A stretch of 64,000 bases of DNA from an uncultured Chloroflexia bacterium (lineage in GTDB: Bacteria; Chloroflexota; Limnocylindria; Limnocylindrales; CSP1-4): NCBI GenBank assembly GCA_963706695.1, contig CAVPNC010000005.1:20369-84368 (forward strand), in the 5' to 3' direction. Made by a program: the position numbers and the translations under genes. This document shows, piece by piece, positions 60,276 through 64,000 of the stretch. How positions within the stretch are numbered: position 1 is the first letter of the stretch; every line of letters begins with the position of its first letter. The notes below the pieces were generated by a model. The model did no database searches. It was not told the DNA's origin and saw only the letters and a program-made list of their open reading frames with translations.

Positions 60276-63200
60276 CGTGCCCTGGTGTCGTCCGCCCTGG
60301 TCAGCCGATAGCCGGTCTCCGCGGCGCGGCGGCGCAGCTCGGCGGCGGCGTTGCTGGCCCCGGTCAGCCCGAGCAGCAGCTCGCGCTCGGCGATGGCGTC
60401 CACGAACTCGTCCCACGCCTCGGCCGAGAGATAGGTCTCGTCCTTCCCACTCGTTCCAGCCGGTCGCGGCGCGCACCGCGGGCAGGTCCAGCCAGGCCCT
60501 GGGGCAGGCCATCGGCGTCGGCGGCCTTGAGCAGGTCCCCGGGCGGCACGGCCAGCAAGGCCCGCGCAAGCTCGGCCGCTCGCCAGGCCTGGGCGTCACC
60601 GGTACCGGACTTGCGGGCGAGGTCACCCACGGCCTCGGCGCCATCCCAGGCATCGAAGGCCTCGACGGTCCGTTCGGGTCGGCCCTCGCAGGCGATCGTG
60701 CCGATGGCATCGAAGATGGCCCAGCCGGCAAGGGCCTGAGCGAGCAGACGTGGTCGCACAGCGCGCACCGATGCTGCCAGCTTCGACGTGTCCAAAGCGA
60801 TGCTAACGGTATCCTCGTCGGTACCGGTCACTGACTCGACCCGCTCGAAGGCGGCGGCCAAGGCGGTGCGTGCGGCATCTGCTCCTGCGCGCGTGGGACC
60901 GTCGGCGCCGGTATCGGGCAGGAATGCTTCCTGCGCCACGCGCGTCCGAAGACGGCCCTGACCGCCTCGCGCACGGGCTCGTCACGCATCCGGCGCAAGG
61001 CCACGTGGGCGTCGGGCATGCCGGCCAGGCCCTGGCGATGGGCCAGCTCGGCCCAGCCGGCGCCGCCGGCGTCCGAGACCTCCTCGAAGGCCAGGAACAC
61101 GTGGCAGCCGTAGCCGTCGAGCTCCAGCTCGAGCCCGTTCGCGCGGAGGTCGCGGATCTGGCGCAGGTACGTCGAGCCCGGTGCGATGGTCGGAGAGGAT
61201 GACGAAGCCGTCGGGGTCGAAGCCCAGGCCCAGCGCCTCGGCCACACCCGGGATGCGCACGTGCGCACGCGGGTAGCGGTTGAGGAAGACGACGAGCGAG
61301 CGCTTCTCCGATGGCCCCGCGCGGGCCGCTGCCGGCGTCGTTGGCGTAGGCGAAGACGTCAGGTACGTGGCGCCACCGCCCTCGAGCGCCGTCAGCTGGC
61401 GGAAGCCGCCGGCACCGGAGAAGCGCCAGCGCTCGTGCAGCAGCGGGCTGATCTGGCGACGGTGCCGCTCGAGCAGGCCCTGGTCGGGCCGTCTCGTCCC
61501 GCTGCGCGCGCCGGAACTCCATGCCGTACTGCTCGCTGTAGCCCTCGAACTGGCCGTGACCGAACATGGGCAGTCCCGGCAGCGTGGCCAGCAGCGTGGC
61601 CACGCCAAAGTACTTATCATGGCTACCGAATTGGTCGATGGCAGAGCGCTCGTCGGGGTTGTTCATGAAGTTGACGTAGCGCCCGAGGATGCGCGCGTCG
61701 AACGAGACGGTCTCGCGGATGACCTGCTGGTACTCGGCGTTCTTCTCGTCACGAAGCATGTGCATGAAGGCGCTGTTGTAGACGCGGTGCATCCCGAGGG
61801 TGCGCACGAAGTAGCCCTCCATGAGCCAGAAGGCCTCCGCCAGCAGGAGCGTGTCGGGCACCTCCTGCGCCACCCGGTCCACGACCTCACGCCAGAACTC
61901 CTGAGGCATCAGGCGGCGCAGCTCGTCCGCGGGAATGGCCGCCGCCGAGCGCGAGGGGATACCGGCCTCGTGCCCCGGCTGCGGGTACCACAGGCGCTGG
62001 ATGTGCCGGCGGGCCAGGACCATGGCCGCATCGAAGCGGATGACGCTGAAGCGGCGTGCGACCTCGAGGATCTGCTCGATGACCGCCTCACGCACCTCGG
62101 CCTTGACGTAGTCGAGCTGGGCCGTGTCGTTCCAGGGGAAGCTCGTGCCGTCGTTGCCGTGGTAGATGTAGCGCTCTTCGCCGGTGGCCTTGTCGATACG
62201 CTTGAAGACCACGGCCGCATCGGATGAGTCCCAGTAGTGATCCTCGAGCTGGATGACCACGCGGTCGTCGGAGGAGAGGTCGCCGCCGGTGAAGGAGTAG
62301 GCCTCGAAGGGCGGATAGGGTGAGGACACGAAGAGGTCTGGCCGCTCCACGACCCACTTGGAGTCGATGCCCATGTGGTTGGGCACCATGTCGGCAGCGA
62401 GGCGGATGCCGCGGGCGGCCGCGCGCTCGCGCAGGCTGGCCCAAGCCTCGTCGCCGCCAAGCTCAGCGGCGATGCGGTAGTCGGCGACCGAGTAGGCCGA
62501 GGCCATGGCGTCAGGGTTGCCACGCCACTGCTTGATCTTCTGCGAGGCCCGGCTGCGCTCCCACAGGCCGATGAGCCAGAGGCCGCTGAAGCCACGGGCG
62601 CGCAGCTCGTCGAGCTCCTCGTCGGGGATCTGGTCGAGCCGGGTGATCTCTCGGCCGTAGTCGCGCGAGAGCTGCGAGAGCCAGACGTAGGTGGACTTGG
62701 CCACGAGCACCGAGCTCCGCCATCCAGTCGCGATCCTGGCTGAAGGCCTCCGGTTCCTCGTCGAAGCCGCCGAAGCCGGAGAGCGCAGCGGCATCGGCCT
62801 GCCCGCCGCTGCCGCCGGCACCCTGCGCGCGCAGCCAGGCGATGCGGTCGATCTCGTCGAGCACGCCCAGCTGGCGGTCGATATGCAGCAGGTCGGCGTC
62901 GTCGAGCCAGCCGGCCCAGTGGATGCGGATCCAGCGGAGCTGTGCCCCCAGCGACTGCGGCGCCGCCTCGATGGGCTCGAGGAGCCGCTGCCACAGCGTG
63001 CGAGCCGGGGCCTTGCGGTCGAGGTCCGGGTCGTCGGGTTCGAGGCCAGCGCCGGCCACGCCCTCGAGCAGCTGCTTCTGGGCCGGCTGCGAGAGCGCCG
63101 GGTCGGAGGTCAGCTCGCGATAGGCGGCGGCGGCCGGGTTGCGGGCTGCGATGCTGGTGAGCGCCAGCTCCTCGAGCGCGGCCTCGCGTCCGGGCACCTC

Positions 63201-63593
63201 ACCCTTGGCCCGCACCAGCCAGTCTTCGACGGGCACCTCGTCCTGGTACACGGGCAGCGCCGGGAAGGTCGCCTCGTAGGTCAGCAGGCCGCGGTCGACA
63301 CCCACCTCCCCGACTCGAGCGTCGAGCGCGGCGAGACCCCGGGCCATGGGACCGCCACCGGCCGGATCACCGCGGCGCTCGACCGAGACCGCACGGTGAC
63401 CCAGCTCGTGGATGAGACCGATGGCGGCGATCTCCGAGGCCACGCGCGCACGGTCAGCGTCCTCCTCCACGAAGCGCTCCGCGAGGGAGAGGGCACGAGC
63501 GGGGTCGAAGACGATGGCGTCCCCGTCGCTGGCGAAGAGGCTCTCGTCGAAACCGTAGCGGTCGCGAGCGGGACGGGCGATACGGAAGTCCAT
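60272..63593 (-). pseudogene. large (about 1100 codon) alpha-amylase-family (GH13-like) protein broken by about eight frame switches
   Basis: GH13-like regions ADMVPNHMG, VIRFDAAMVLA, LLLAEAFW and FMNNPDE are in the frame of ORF 60803..62821. The N-terminal 290 codons are in the frame of 62511..63893 (break about 62710). The C-terminal third can only be read by switching frame near 61500, 61370, 61310, 61190, 60940, 60500 and 60440. The stop overlaps the UDG start (ATGA). Confidence 0.6.
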
Positions 63594-63910
63594 GCCCGCC
63601 ACCTTAGCCGAGGACATGGCCGAGCACGGCCCAGAGCGGGTGAGCTCATCGGAGCCGGCCACGATGCGGGCGCCACCGCTGACCACGACAGCGCCGAAGG
63701 CGAACTCGAGTCGTGACGTCGGCCAGCCGGTCGAGGACCTCGATGCTGCGACCGCCGAAGAGCGGCACCGTCTCCAGCTGGGAGCGCTTCTCCTGGGTCG
63801 TGAGCGGCATCTGATCTCCTGCAGGCATCTGCGGGTGCCCAAAGGTAACAGGAACGACTCCGGCACTCGCGAGCCGTACTCGCGAGCCACCAAGGCCGGG
63901 GTCGCGCCGG

Positions 63911-64000
63911 TCAGTCGCCCGCGTGGCCCGCGCTGCGGATGGTGAAGCCGACGAGGTTGCCGCGGGCCGGCTCGTAGCGCACGTAGACACCGCCGACCGA
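63911..64000 (-). CDS. 3' end of an unidentified gene truncated by the window edge
   Basis: Open frame ...SVGGVYVRYEPARGNLVGFTIRSAGHAGD-stop (TGA at 63913-63911). Too short to assign. Confidence 0.3.
   Translation of the reverse strand, partial: SVGGVYVRYEPARGNLVGFTIRSAGHAGD

Noticed and set aside
60276-60731. N-terminal 152-codon extension of the UDG ORF
   Set aside because: It overlaps the C-terminal part of the GH13-like gene. The UDG family sequence begins at ATG 60275, which overlaps that gene's stop.

Overview
Very GC-rich, gene-dense bacterial chromosomal window, about 70 protein genes and 2 tRNAs. I saw no rRNA, CRISPR array, transposase or integrase. Gene content fits an Actinomycetota-like organism but does not prove it: a CysO/CysM/Mec cysteine pathway, SufU/SufT, a DDN-like deazaflavin-type protein, Flp pilins and a leaderless-type promoter. 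Content from left to right: a hydrolase and a nucleoside hydrolase; an ECF-type transporter (S-T-A-A'); a BMP-family nucleoside ABC importer with a cytosine deaminase; a large FG-GAP protein; a long co-directional sulfur-trafficking block (Rrf2-sufC-sufS-sufU-moeZ-cysO-cysM-mec); LhgO and a HIBADH-like dehydrogenase; BI-1; a PduO-type adenosyltransferase; SufT; PFK; several small unknown genes; lysine 2,3-aminomutase; a lower-GC island with three Flp prepilin paralogs followed by two tandem sulfotransferases (a third copy lies at 57.3 kb); CcdA; CapA; tRNA-Asp; threonine aldolase; DUF885; fumC; tRNA-Arg; NUDIX; two ABC-2 exporter modules with MarR/GbsR-type regulators; an MFS transporter; and UDG family 5. 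Points most worth a second look: (1) the suf / protein-thiocarboxylate supercluster, which lacks sufB/sufD, has an E1 with an N-terminal rhodanese domain, and has a CysO ending in GG-R; (2) the Flp/sulfotransferase island; (3) a lower-GC intergenic locus at 45.5 kb with a promoter, a multi-hairpin transcript and a terminator-like hairpin, a candidate sRNA; (4) many reading-frame breaks, some as single indels in G/C runs of otherwise intact genes including fumC, and some densely clustered in two genes that flank an intact UDG gene. All calls come from reading the sequence and the ORF track. No database search was run. I did not find a clearly defined novel system. The items above are candidates, not demonstrations.
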